This document shows positions 32,658 through 41,572 of a stretch of DNA of 50,875 nucleotides, piece after piece. Every line of letters starts with the position of its first letter. Positions within the stretch are counted from its first letter, which is position 1. Source of the stretch: a virus. Made by a program: the position numbers and the translations under genes. The stretch is from the IMG/VR virus record IMGVR_UViG_3300045988_097988; one strand, 5' to 3'. The notes under the pieces are model-generated. The model was not told the DNA's origin, did no database searches, and was given only the letters and a program-made list of their open reading frames with translations.

Positions 32658-33074
32658 ATGGCAGCAAGCATTGAGGTTGCATCTTACGACCCGAAAAAGG
32701 TCAACGTCATTGTCGGTGGCCGTATCATTACGGGTTTTGCCTCCGACGGTGTCGTCACCCTCACCAAGAATGAGGACAGCGTGACTACTTCCGCAGGCGC
32801 AAAGGGTGACATCGTTTACTCTGAAAACGCCAACGAGAGCGGTACTGTGGCCCTGACCCTGTCCTCTACCTCTTCCAGCCTCGCGTACCTGCGTGGTCTG
32901 GACGCCAAGCGTCGGGCCGTCAACGTCACCATCAGCGACGTGAACGACCGCGACGGCTTCGTGATGAGCGAGGGCAACTGCCGCGTTATGAAGATGCCGG
33001 ACACTGGCCGTCAGAAGACCGAGGGCAGCGTCACCGTCAATATCTTCGTGCCGTCTATGACCGTCCGCCAGTAA
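32658..33074 (+). CDS. Tail tube protein
   Basis: 138 aa, in the position between sheath and chaperone. Confidence 0.6.
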   Translation: MAASIEVASYDPKKVNVIVGGRIITGFASDGVVTLTKNEDSVTTSAGAKGDIVYSENANESGTVALTLSSTSSSLAYLRGLDAKRRAVNVTISDVNDRDGFVMSEGNCRVMKMPDTGRQKTEGSVTVNIFVPSMTVRQ

Positions 33075-33143
33075 GCCGCCATGCGGTACAAACACTGGCC
33101 GGAAAGACCTAAATCTTTATCCGAAAGGGGTTACAGAAAATAT

Positions 33144-33413
33144 ATGTCTAAGCAGAAAAAGGTTGCCATCGAGGGCGTCGAGTACACCCTGCAGAGCGTG
33201 TCTCCCTCTTGGTATTTCCAGACCAACGACGACTGCGGCATGACTACCGACAACCGCCGCGATACCGTGAAGTACCTCGATACCATGTTCAAGAACGTAG
33301 TCGTCAGCCCTCCCGAAGTCGGCAAGGATGGCATGGCCTACTTTGACGAAAAAGAGGACGTGAAGACCCCGGAGAAGCTCATTAAGGCCATCGAGCGGTT
33401 TCTGCGCGAGTGA
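33144..33413 (+). CDS. Tail assembly chaperone (G-like)
   Basis: 89 aa, directly upstream of the tape-measure gene. ATG at 33144. Confidence 0.65.
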   Translation: MSKQKKVAIEGVEYTLQSVSPSWYFQTNDDCGMTTDNRRDTVKYLDTMFKNVVVSPPEVGKDGMAYFDEKEDVKTPEKLIKAIERFLRE

Positions 33414-33588
33414 GCTTGACCCCGAACGGGCAAAGAAAGCAGCTCAGGGCCGAAAGGCGTTCTGGCTGCTCGTCTACTCCGGGCAGGGCCTGTCCTACTC
33501 CGACATCAAAGGCATGGATTTGGCCGAGTACCAAGAAGCAATAGAGGCTCGTATCCTCTACAACGAGGAATGGAGCGTTAGGCGGTAG
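33400..33588 (+). CDS. Frameshift extension of the tail chaperone (GT-like), in the +1 frame
   Basis: The +1 frame is open from 33369 to TAG at 33586..33588 and has no start codon of its own. It encodes ...KAFWLLVYSGQGLSYSDIKGMDLAEYQEAIEARILYNEEW. A candidate slip site is T-TTC at 33399..33402. Confidence 0.5.
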   Translation, partial: FCASELDPERAKKAAQGRKAFWLLVYSGQGLSYSDIKGMDLAEYQEAIEARILYNEEWSVRR

Positions 33589-33634
33589 GGCGACCTGCCG
33601 CCTTTGTTTTTTAGAAATGAGGTGAACGGACTCT

Positions 33635-36256
33635 GTGGCAGACGTCAGAGAGCTTACCTTTGGCCTCGACTTCGACCTCGACGACGCGGTGAGGCAACTT
33701 GACCATGCCGTGAGCAGCCTTGAGAGGCTGACGACCGGGATGGACGACGCCACGGGCGCGGCCCGGGGCGTGGGTGCGCAGTTGTCCGCCGGGATGGATG
33801 CGGCGGAAGCCTCGGCCCGCCGCGCCGGGGAAGCAGCGGAGGGCGTCGCCTCCCGCCTTGAGGACGTGAGCGACCGGGCGGACGACGCCACGGGCGCGGC
33901 CCGGGGCGTGGGTGCGCAGTTGTCCGCCGGAGTGGACGCAGCCGAAAGCCTCGGCCACGCCGCCGGGAAAGTTGGCTCTGAGTTCCGGGATATGGGCCGG
34001 AACGCGGACAGCTTCGGTGCCGCCGTCAAAAAGTCGATGGGTACAGCTCTAAAGTCTGGCCAGAGCACCATAAAGAGCCTCAAAGCGGGCGCAGATGGTG
34101 CGATTGGCTACACTGAGAAGCGGTTCGCCGCATTCCAGAAAAAGACGTCGGCAGGGGCGCAGGCCATTGGCAAAGCGTTTCTTCACCCCATCCAGACTAT
34201 CAAGAGCAAGCTGGGAGACGCCCTGCTGTCCAGCGAGAAAAAAACCGAGGGCTTGGGGGCTAAGGCGGTGGCCACGGCCAAAAAGCTGCTCGGTATGGGG
34301 CAGGACTGTGAAAATGCTGGCGACAGCATCAAGGAAGCGATGAAAGGGGCCGTCGGCTCCCTTATTGGTTTTGAGGCCATCAAGGGCGTTATCTCTAAGC
34401 TCAATGAGCTGGGAGCCGCCGCGCTTGAGGTAGCCAAAGCCGCTGAGACGACGGAGAAGAAATTCGATGCCGCTTTCTCCGGCACGGACGCCGCCGACTG
34501 GGTGGATAACTTCGCCGACGCGGTACACCGTAGCACTGCCGAGGTGCAGAGCTTCATGGTCTCCAACAAGTCCATGTATGGCGAGATGGGCATCACGGGA
34601 CAGGCTGCCGCCGACCTCTCCAAGATTACGACCTCTCTTTCCTATGACCTCGGGAATGCCTTTTCCATGGACGACGCCGAGGCTTTGGGAGTGATTCAGG
34701 ACTACATCAAGGGCAACAATGCCGCGCTGGAAGAGTACGGCGTACACATCGACGACGCGACCCTCAAGGCGTCTGCAATGCAGATGGGCCTCGGGGCTAA
34801 CGTGGACAGCCTCAACGACGCAGCCAAGGCTCAGGTACGGCTCAACGCCCTACTGGGGCAGAGCGAAAAAATCCAGCAGGCGGCCATCAACGATACCGAC
34901 GGATTGACGAACGCCCAGAAGTCCCTCAACGGCATTATGCAAAACTTTGCTCTTGAGGCTGGCGAAGAGTTCACCCCGGTGCTTGAGGGCCTCTATGGTA
35001 CCATCATCGAGAATTGGCCGACCATCGAGCCGATGCTCATGGGGCTGGTCGAGACTCTCAGCTCCGGCCTGTCCGAGGCTATGCCCGTCCTGCTGGACTT
35101 AGGCCAGACGCTCATACCGACGCTCACCGACGTAGTGGGTACGCTATTCGAGGCGGCGACACCTATTCTCTCGGTAGTGGGAGAGCTTGCAAGCCAGATT
35201 CTCCCGCCGCTAGTGGGATTTATCGGGGAGATAGCTCAAACCCTGTTACCGCCAGTCGTAGGCCTGTTGGAGACGATTTCTCCGCTGCTTGACTCGATTA
35301 GCCCAGTGCTTTCGGTCATCGGCGACATTTTGCAGGTCGTCGCTCAGGGCCTTGGCTCCGTGATAGGCTGGATGTCCGACGGCGTAGGCAAGGTGACGAG
35401 CTTTTTTAGCGGCATCTTCGGCGGGGCCAAAGATAGCAAGAGCGCGGTAGACGACCTGAGCGGCGCGGTAAACGGGCTGGGTACGGCCACGAGCAAAAAG
35501 ACCTCCCTTGCAGTCGATACCTCGAAATACAAGGAAAAGGTCACGGGCGCGGCTACGGCGTCCACAAAGGCCGTCAAGGACAGCAGCAAGCAGGCCCAGA
35601 CCTCCGCCGAGAGCAGCTTTTCGGCAATGGGTACGTCGGCGACCTCTACCTATTCCAGAATGGAATCCGCCTCGAAAGCCTCGTGGAAGTCTATGACCCT
35701 TGAGGCTACGACGGGGGCGAACAAAATCATCTCCGAGCTGGGCCGGGTCAAGACCGCCGCCGCGTCTACTCCTACCGCTGCCGCCGGAACGACTACGAGC
35801 CGCACCACGGGTTCTTCTTCCGCCTCCTCTGCAGGAGCCAAGACGACCCCGGCGGCGTCCGCTTCGACAGCTGGAAAGGTCGGCACGTCTATCCCGCACC
35901 ACGCGGGCGGCACTCCCAACTTCGAGGGTGGCCCGACGTGGATGAACGAGCAGGGAGGCGAGCTGGCCGTCTTGCCCGGCGGTAGTGCTATCATCCCGGC
36001 AGACCAGACCGAGCGTCTCATGCAGTCCTACACGAATTTTGTTACCAACAGCAACACGAACAACAACACCTCGAATACCAGCCGCACGAGCGTCGTTATC
36101 AACCCCAGCTTTACCATCAAGATTGAGGGCAACGCCGGAGACGAGCGCACAATGTCTGCACTGGAAGACCGCCTGCGCAGTATCTTCCGCGACCTCTACC
36201 AAGAGGCACAGGAGGAAGACTATACCGCCCGGGCGTTGCAAGCTGGTTATGCGTAA
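33635..36256 (+). CDS. Tape measure protein
   Basis: 873 aa with Ala/Gly/Ser-rich helical repeats and an internal 51-bp direct repeat (33742..33792 and 33880..33930). GTG start follows GAGGTGA. Confidence 0.8.
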   Translation: MADVRELTFGLDFDLDDAVRQLDHAVSSLERLTTGMDDATGAARGVGAQLSAGMDAAEASARRAGEAAEGVASRLEDVSDRADDATGAARGVGAQLSAGVDAAESLGHAAGKVGSEFRDMGRNADSFGAAVKKSMGTALKSGQSTIKSLKAGADGAIGYTEKRFAAFQKKTSAGAQAIGKAFLHPIQTIKSKLGDALLSSEKKTEGLGAKAVATAKKLLGMGQDCENAGDSIKEAMKGAVGSLIGFEAIKGVISKLNELGAAALEVAKAAETTEKKFDAAFSGTDAADWVDNFADAVHRSTAEVQSFMVSNKSMYGEMGITGQAAADLSKITTSLSYDLGNAFSMDDAEALGVIQDYIKGNNAALEEYGVHIDDATLKASAMQMGLGANVDSLNDAAKAQVRLNALLGQSEKIQQAAINDTDGLTNAQKSLNGIMQNFALEAGEEFTPVLEGLYGTIIENWPTIEPMLMGLVETLSSGLSEAMPVLLDLGQTLIPTLTDVVGTLFEAATPILSVVGELASQILPPLVGFIGEIAQTLLPPVVGLLETISPLLDSISPVLSVIGDILQVVAQGLGSVIGWMSDGVGKVTSFFSGIFGGAKDSKSAVDDLSGAVNGLGTATSKKTSLAVDTSKYKEKVTGAATASTKAVKDSSKQAQTSAESSFSAMGTSATSTYSRMESASKASWKSMTLEATTGANKIISELGRVKTAAASTPTAAAGTTTSRTTGSSSASSAGAKTTPAASASTAGKVGTSIPHHAGGTPNFEGGPTWMNEQGGELAVLPGGSAIIPADQTERLMQSYTNFVTNSNTNNNTSNTSRTSVVINPSFTIKIEGNAGDERTMSALEDRLRSIFRDLYQEAQEEDYTARALQAGYA

Positions 36257-36268
36257 AGGAGGCCGTAT

Positions 36269-36856
36269 ATGTACACCCTGACCGGGCAGAAATGCGGCAC
36301 CGTCCGCTTTGAGCCTAAGCTGGGAACCGTCACCAGCGAAAAGATAACCCGCACCTCTACCGTGACGGACAACCCCATAGAGAGCGGCAGCAGTGTGGCT
36401 GACCATGTTTTCCGCCAGCCTCGGACGATTCAGGTTCAGGGCGTTGTGGTTGACGGGGACGCAGCCCTTGACTCTCTGGATACTATGTGGCGGAGAGGCG
36501 ATGTGCTTTCCTATACTGGACGCACTCACCTCGAAAACCTCGTGATTCAGAGCTTGCAGACGGGCCACGAGTCCAAAAACCGCAACGGATTTGACTTCAC
36601 GGCTGTCCTCAAGCAGATTACCCTCGGCAGTTCCGAGGATAGCGGGACGGCCTCGACGATGGCCGGGCAGGACGGGGCCAAAACATCCAAAGACCACAAG
36701 ACCGCCGCGACCAAGGCAGACGGCTTGAAAACGACCGTCAGCACGACTATCTCGTCCAGCTCCTATGCGTCCTATGTCAACTCGTACAACAAAAAGGCTG
36801 CAAGCAGTTCCGGGCCGAAGTCCCGGGCGACGCCGAGCAGCTCCGGGAGGCGATGA
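36269..36856 (+). CDS. Tail/baseplate hub-associated protein (XkdP-position)
   Basis: Call rests on position after the tape-measure gene and the motif VTDNPIESGSSVADHVFRQPRTIQVQG. Confidence 0.45.
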   Translation: MYTLTGQKCGTVRFEPKLGTVTSEKITRTSTVTDNPIESGSSVADHVFRQPRTIQVQGVVVDGDAALDSLDTMWRRGDVLSYTGRTHLENLVIQSLQTGHESKNRNGFDFTAVLKQITLGSSEDSGTASTMAGQDGAKTSKDHKTAATKADGLKTTVSTTISSSSYASYVNSYNKKAASSSGPKSRATPSSSGRR

Positions 36857-36859
36857 ACC

Positions 36860-37213
36860 ATGCAGCTTATCGAGCTTGGGGCCGAGGTCGAGTATATCGA
36901 AATTGACACTACAAAGGTACCATATACCTTTTCGGTCAAGCTGACCGACCGCACCTATACGTTCACCATACGGTATAACGATGTGGGAGAATTTTTCACC
37001 GCCGACCTCTCGGTCTCCTCTACGGGCGAGGTACTGGCCTACGGCGACCCTATCCGCTACGGACGCCCGCTGTTCGGCACCATCGAGGACGAGCGTTTCC
37101 CGCTTCCCGTCATCATCCCGCTGTGCTTGAGCGGCGACGGGATAGACACGGTGACGTGGGACAACTTCGGCAAAGAGGTCAAATTGTACCTGTATGAGCG
37201 GAGGACAGAATGA
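36860..37213 (+). CDS. Baseplate-associated protein
   Basis: Call rests on position. 117 aa. Confidence 0.4.
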   Translation: MQLIELGAEVEYIEIDTTKVPYTFSVKLTDRTYTFTIRYNDVGEFFTADLSVSSTGEVLAYGDPIRYGRPLFGTIEDERFPLPVIIPLCLSGDGIDTVTWDNFGKEVKLYLYERRTE

Positions 37214-38055
37214 GTTTTTGGATGAGAGAGGCGTCCCTGCAGATAGGCGGGAAGAAGTACAGCATGGACGACTTTTATTTTGAGTTTGACGTCCCATTTG
37301 AGGACAGCGACACCCTGCAACAGGCTACGTTTTCCATCTACAACCTCGCGGACAGCACCGTCAAGGCCATAAAGCGCGGGGATGCGGTCATCCTCAACGC
37401 AGGCTATGAGGGCGACGTCGGCGCAATCTTCGTGGGGCAGGTCTCGGCCTGCGTCACCAAGAGGCGGACGGTGGACAAAATCACGACGATTACAGCGACA
37501 GCGGCCATGAAAGAGTGGCTCAACTCCAAAGTCTCTAAGACCTACAAAGAGGGCAGCACGGCAAAGGACATCGTGACCGACCTGCTCAACCTTATGGGCC
37601 TTGAGATTGGCGAGTTTTCGCTGGCCGTCGAAAAGGTCTATGACCGGGGCCTTGTCTGCAATGGCAAAGTAAAAGACATCCTCAAGCGCGTTGTCGAGTC
37701 CGACTGCAAGAGCCGCTTTCTCATCCGCACGGAAACTGTTGTTATTTCTGACCCCTCTAAGGGCGTCTCGAACGGCATCGAACTCACCCCGGAAAACGGG
37801 CTGCTCTTGAGCGAGAGCGACACGGACGAAACCGTGCTGGCCGTCGGCACGAACAGCCAGAAAAGCTCCTCGGCCAAGAGCGAGGAGGGCAAGTATGTCA
37901 CCCGCGAAATGCTGCTCAACTACCACGTCGGCCCGGCGGAACAGGTACAGGTGAAGAGCCGCGACCTGAACGGGAAGTATATCGTGGTCAAGGGGAAGCA
38001 CGTCGGCTCCCCGCGAGGAAATTGGAAAACGACGGTACAGATGAAGCCGCTCTAA
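37210..38055 (+). CDS. Baseplate hub / late control D-like (XkdQ-position) protein
   Basis: Call rests on position and size (281 aa). Confidence 0.45.
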   Translation: MSFWMREASLQIGGKKYSMDDFYFEFDVPFEDSDTLQQATFSIYNLADSTVKAIKRGDAVILNAGYEGDVGAIFVGQVSACVTKRRTVDKITTITATAAMKEWLNSKVSKTYKEGSTAKDIVTDLLNLMGLEIGEFSLAVEKVYDRGLVCNGKVKDILKRVVESDCKSRFLIRTETVVISDPSKGVSNGIELTPENGLLLSESDTDETVLAVGTNSQKSSSAKSEEGKYVTREMLLNYHVGPAEQVQVKSRDLNGKYIVVKGKHVGSPRGNWKTTVQMKPL

Positions 38056-38067
38056 GGAGGTAAAACC

Positions 38068-38736
38068 GTGGCAAACCAAAACGCAAAGGACGCATTTGCA
38101 CAGGGCCAGCAGCAAGCCTCCGCCGCGAGCATCTGCGTGGCCGACGTTGTAAAGGTTGTGTCTTTCGATTCTGCCGCGATGAAAGTGAACGTGCAGCCCT
38201 TGACCCGCTACCCTGACGAGGATACCTTTCAGGACAAGCCGCAGGTGCTGGGCGTCCCGGTGGCTATGGTCTACGGCGGCGGCTACGTTATCCGGCCTGT
38301 TTATCAGGAGGGAGACGTCGGCGTCGTGCTGTACCTTGACCGGGATAGCGATTCCACCATCTCTGGCGGCGAGGCCGCAGACCCCAACACCGAACGCCTC
38401 CACAGCGGCGACGATGCGGTTTTTGTCGGCGGTATCCTCTCCGGCAAAAACAAAATTGAGGGCCACCGGGACGGTGCGCTTGACCTTGGCACGACCGACG
38501 GTGGGGTCTACGTCTCTATCAGCAAAGAGGATGTCAAAATCAAGGTCGGCGACTCGGTGAGCATCACGGCCAGCAAGTCCAACATCCAGATAAAGGGTGA
38601 CGTAAAAATCGACGGCAACCTCGGCGTCACAAAGACGGGTACTGCTGACGTCGATTTCGTGGCCGCTGGCAAGAGCCTCAAGACTCACACCCACACGAGC
38701 GAGGCCCCCGGCTCCCCGACGACCCCGCCCGTATAA
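38068..38736 (+). CDS. Baseplate assembly protein V / spike
   Basis: The C-terminal KTHTHTSEAPGSPTTPP motif is typical of gpV/gp45-like spikes. Confidence 0.6.
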   Translation: MANQNAKDAFAQGQQQASAASICVADVVKVVSFDSAAMKVNVQPLTRYPDEDTFQDKPQVLGVPVAMVYGGGYVIRPVYQEGDVGVVLYLDRDSDSTISGGEAADPNTERLHSGDDAVFVGGILSGKNKIEGHRDGALDLGTTDGGVYVSISKEDVKIKVGDSVSITASKSNIQIKGDVKIDGNLGVTKTGTADVDFVAAGKSLKTHTHTSEAPGSPTTPPV

Positions 38737-38746
38737 GGAGACGAAA

Positions 38747-39121
38747 ATGGACGACAACTATACACTCAAAATCGACCCGGATACCCGTGACCTTTGCTTT
38801 GACGATGAGGGTATCATGGAGACGGTGGCCGGAGATGCGACCTCGGCCCAAAACGTCCGCCTGACGCTCTGTGCGTGGAAAGAGGAGTTTCCGCTTGTGC
38901 CGTCCCACGGTACGGACTACGCCCGCATTATGGGCAAAAAGCCCGGCGAGCTTGAGGATGACGAAATCCCGGAGGTCATCCGGGAAGCGGTTTTCCAAGA
39001 GCCGACCGTGGCCGAGGTTGACGGCGTAGACTACAGCCTCGATGGCCGGGCATTATCGGTCACGTTCAACGGACAACTGGTAAACGGGGATAGTATTACA
39101 TCGGAGGTGAGTATTGAGTGA
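38747..39121 (+). CDS. Baseplate wedge protein (gpW/gp25-like)
   Basis: 124 aa, upstream of the J-like gene. Confidence 0.55.
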   Translation: MDDNYTLKIDPDTRDLCFDDEGIMETVAGDATSAQNVRLTLCAWKEEFPLVPSHGTDYARIMGKKPGELEDDEIPEVIREAVFQEPTVAEVDGVDYSLDGRALSVTFNGQLVNGDSITSEVSIE

Positions 39122-40296
39122 ATACCCAAGACTGGGGCGTCACTGCACAGGGCTTTCACCGCCCGACCTATGTAGAGCTGCTCAACGCCTTGGAGTACAA
39201 GGCGCGGGAGCTTTACGGCTCCAAAGCAAACCTGACGGTTCGCTCCCCGCTGGGCCTGTTTTTGAGACTCTGGGCGTGGATGTGGAACATCCTCTTTTCT
39301 CTGGGAGAGGACATCTACAACAGCAGGTTTGTTGATACCGCCGTAGGAGCCAGCCTGTATAATCTGGGTAAATCCATCGGCCTGCGCCTCCTCTCGGCGC
39401 AGAAAGCCTCTGGATACGTCCAGTTCACGGGCAGCCCTGGCACGACAATCCCGACAGGATTCCTCGTGAAGACGGTCTCCAACCTGCAGTATGCCGTATT
39501 GGAGAGCGGCCAGATTGGGGACGACGGCACAGTCGTCTTGCCTGTTCAGGCCGTATCCGCTGGCCCGGACTACAACGTGGCCGCAGGTGAAATCAAGGAG
39601 ATTACAAACCCGCTGGACGGCGTTTCCTCCTGCACGAACCTTGCGGCGGTTGACGGTGGCCGCGTCCGCGAGACGGATGAAGAATACCGTGACCGCTATG
39701 AGCAGTCTGTGGACTACGCGGGAGGCGTCAACGCGGATGCTATCGCGGGCGAAATCCTGCAAAACGTGGAGGCCGTCTATTCGGCTATCTGCTACGAAAA
39801 CTGCGAGGATACCACAAGCCCCCTCGGGCTGCCCCCTCACAGCATCGAGGCCGTCGTCTATGGCGGCTTAGACCAAGATGTCGCCAGAGCGATTTTTAGG
39901 CGCAAGGGCGCAGGGATTCAGACCTACGGCAACAAGACCATCCCGGTCATCGGAACCAACGGCCAGACCTTTAACATCCGTTTCTCCCGGCCTACCGCCG
40001 TACCCGTCTACATCAAAATCACCGACCTGAAGACGTCCAGTAGCTTCCCGGATGATGGGCTGGCTCAAATCAAAGCTGCGCTGATTGCCTACATCGGCGG
40101 CGACGTGACGGGCGGCTTGAAAATCGGCACCGACGTGCTTTATATGGCCATCCCCGGTATCATCCTCGGGGTCTCCGGCGTGACGGATTTCCATCTGAGC
40201 ATCAGCCCGGACGGAGAGACGTACAGCCAGAACAACATCGCCGTCGGCACGAGGGAAAAGGCCGTCACGGACGCTGGAAAGGTGGCGATTTCGTGA
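39118..40296 (+). CDS. Baseplate J-like protein
   Basis: 392 aa in the canonical W-J-I order. Confidence 0.65.
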   Translation: MNTQDWGVTAQGFHRPTYVELLNALEYKARELYGSKANLTVRSPLGLFLRLWAWMWNILFSLGEDIYNSRFVDTAVGASLYNLGKSIGLRLLSAQKASGYVQFTGSPGTTIPTGFLVKTVSNLQYAVLESGQIGDDGTVVLPVQAVSAGPDYNVAAGEIKEITNPLDGVSSCTNLAAVDGGRVRETDEEYRDRYEQSVDYAGGVNADAIAGEILQNVEAVYSAICYENCEDTTSPLGLPPHSIEAVVYGGLDQDVARAIFRRKGAGIQTYGNKTIPVIGTNGQTFNIRFSRPTAVPVYIKITDLKTSSSFPDDGLAQIKAALIAYIGGDVTGGLKIGTDVLYMAIPGIILGVSGVTDFHLSISPDGETYSQNNIAVGTREKAVTDAGKVAIS

Positions 40297-40976
40297 GCTA
40301 CGGCTATGTAGAGCGGATGCTGGAATACCTGACCAGCGCGTATATCCGCGACGACATCCGCAACGCTAAAAAGGGTCTCGCGCCCACCACGAATATCGGC
40401 AAGCTGTTTAGTGTGCTGGGCTGGGGCCTTGAGCTTACCCACGAAAACTTCGAGCGTATCCGGGCATGGGACGACCTCGACAACGCGGAGGGCGCAGTCC
40501 TTGACCGCTACGGGAAAAACTTCGGTGTCAAGCGCGGCGGCGCGGACGATGCTTTTTACAGGCTGATGATAGAGGTCAAGCTGATTTCTATGCTGTCCGG
40601 CGGCGATATTGACACCGTAATTGAGGCGGCTGCGGCCCTGCTTGACGTGGACGTCTCGCAAATTACCCTGAAAGAGAATTTCCCCGCAAAGGTAATTCTT
40701 GAGGTAGACCAAGACCTCTTGACGCAGGGGCATATCGACCTCATCGCGGGCATCGCCGATTCGGTCAAGCGCATTTTGACTGGCGGCGTCGGCCTGCGGC
40801 TCTACCTGCGGACATACCGCCAGTACAAAGCAGAGCTGCCCATCTCACACGGCGGGTTCGTCGGGTCGTATCTCTCCGGCAATCCCAAGAGCGAGCAGCG
40901 CAGCGTAAGAGACGCCCACGGCCACACGTCCGGCGTCCTTTTTTATACCCATTTGACAACAAAAAGAATTGAGTAG
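40293..40976 (+). CDS. Baseplate/tail-fibre adaptor (gpI / XkdU-like)
   Basis: Call rests on position after the J-like gene. 227 aa. Confidence 0.5.
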   Translation: MSYGYVERMLEYLTSAYIRDDIRNAKKGLAPTTNIGKLFSVLGWGLELTHENFERIRAWDDLDNAEGAVLDRYGKNFGVKRGGADDAFYRLMIEVKLISMLSGGDIDTVIEAAAALLDVDVSQITLKENFPAKVILEVDQDLLTQGHIDLIAGIADSVKRILTGGVGLRLYLRTYRQYKAELPISHGGFVGSYLSGNPKSEQRSVRDAHGHTSGVLFYTHLTTKRIE

Positions 40977-40987
40977 GAGGCAGACCG

Positions 40988-41572
40988 ATGGCAAAATTTC
41001 AGGATGGAAATTATGGCACGGCGGCGGGCGTCACCCTTATCGCAAAGGTGCTGGCTGGCCGCTGTACTCTGAAATATACTAGGGCTGCGGTCGGCAAGGG
41101 TACTATCCCGGACGGAAGTACCCCCAAGACCATGACAGGCCCGGCGGATTACGTCATGGACGTCCCCATTTCGGGCGTCACGAACCCCGTAGACGGCGAG
41201 TGTCAGGTCTCGGTACAGGTAAGCAGTGCGAACGTGCAGACGGGCTTTTACTGTACAAACGTGGTGCTGTACGCCCAAGACCCGGACGTCGGCGAGGTTC
41301 CGTTCACCTACCTTGTACTTGAGAACGAGCCGGAGTGGATTCACCCGGCGTCGTCCTCGGTCGGCAAGGTGACGGCCATTGCCCTTATTTCTGCGGTCGG
41401 CGACGTTGACCGGGTAGAGGCCACCATCGACGAAAACACCATTGCGACCATCAAGGCCGCTACCGAAATTTCCACCCGGCTTATCGAGGAACACGACGAG
41501 GCGCAGAAGCTCCATTTCGTGTACGACGAGACGGACGGCGGCTTAAACGCAATCATCAAGGAGGATACCTAA
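40988..41572 (+). CDS. Tail fibre protein (N-terminal tail-collar type)
   Basis: TAAGVTLIAKVLAGRCTLKYTRAAVGKGTIPDG resembles P2 gpH-type N-termini. Confidence 0.5.
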   Translation: MAKFQDGNYGTAAGVTLIAKVLAGRCTLKYTRAAVGKGTIPDGSTPKTMTGPADYVMDVPISGVTNPVDGECQVSVQVSSANVQTGFYCTNVVLYAQDPDVGEVPFTYLVLENEPEWIHPASSSVGKVTAIALISAVGDVDRVEATIDENTIATIKAATEISTRLIEEHDEAQKLHFVYDETDGGLNAIIKEDT

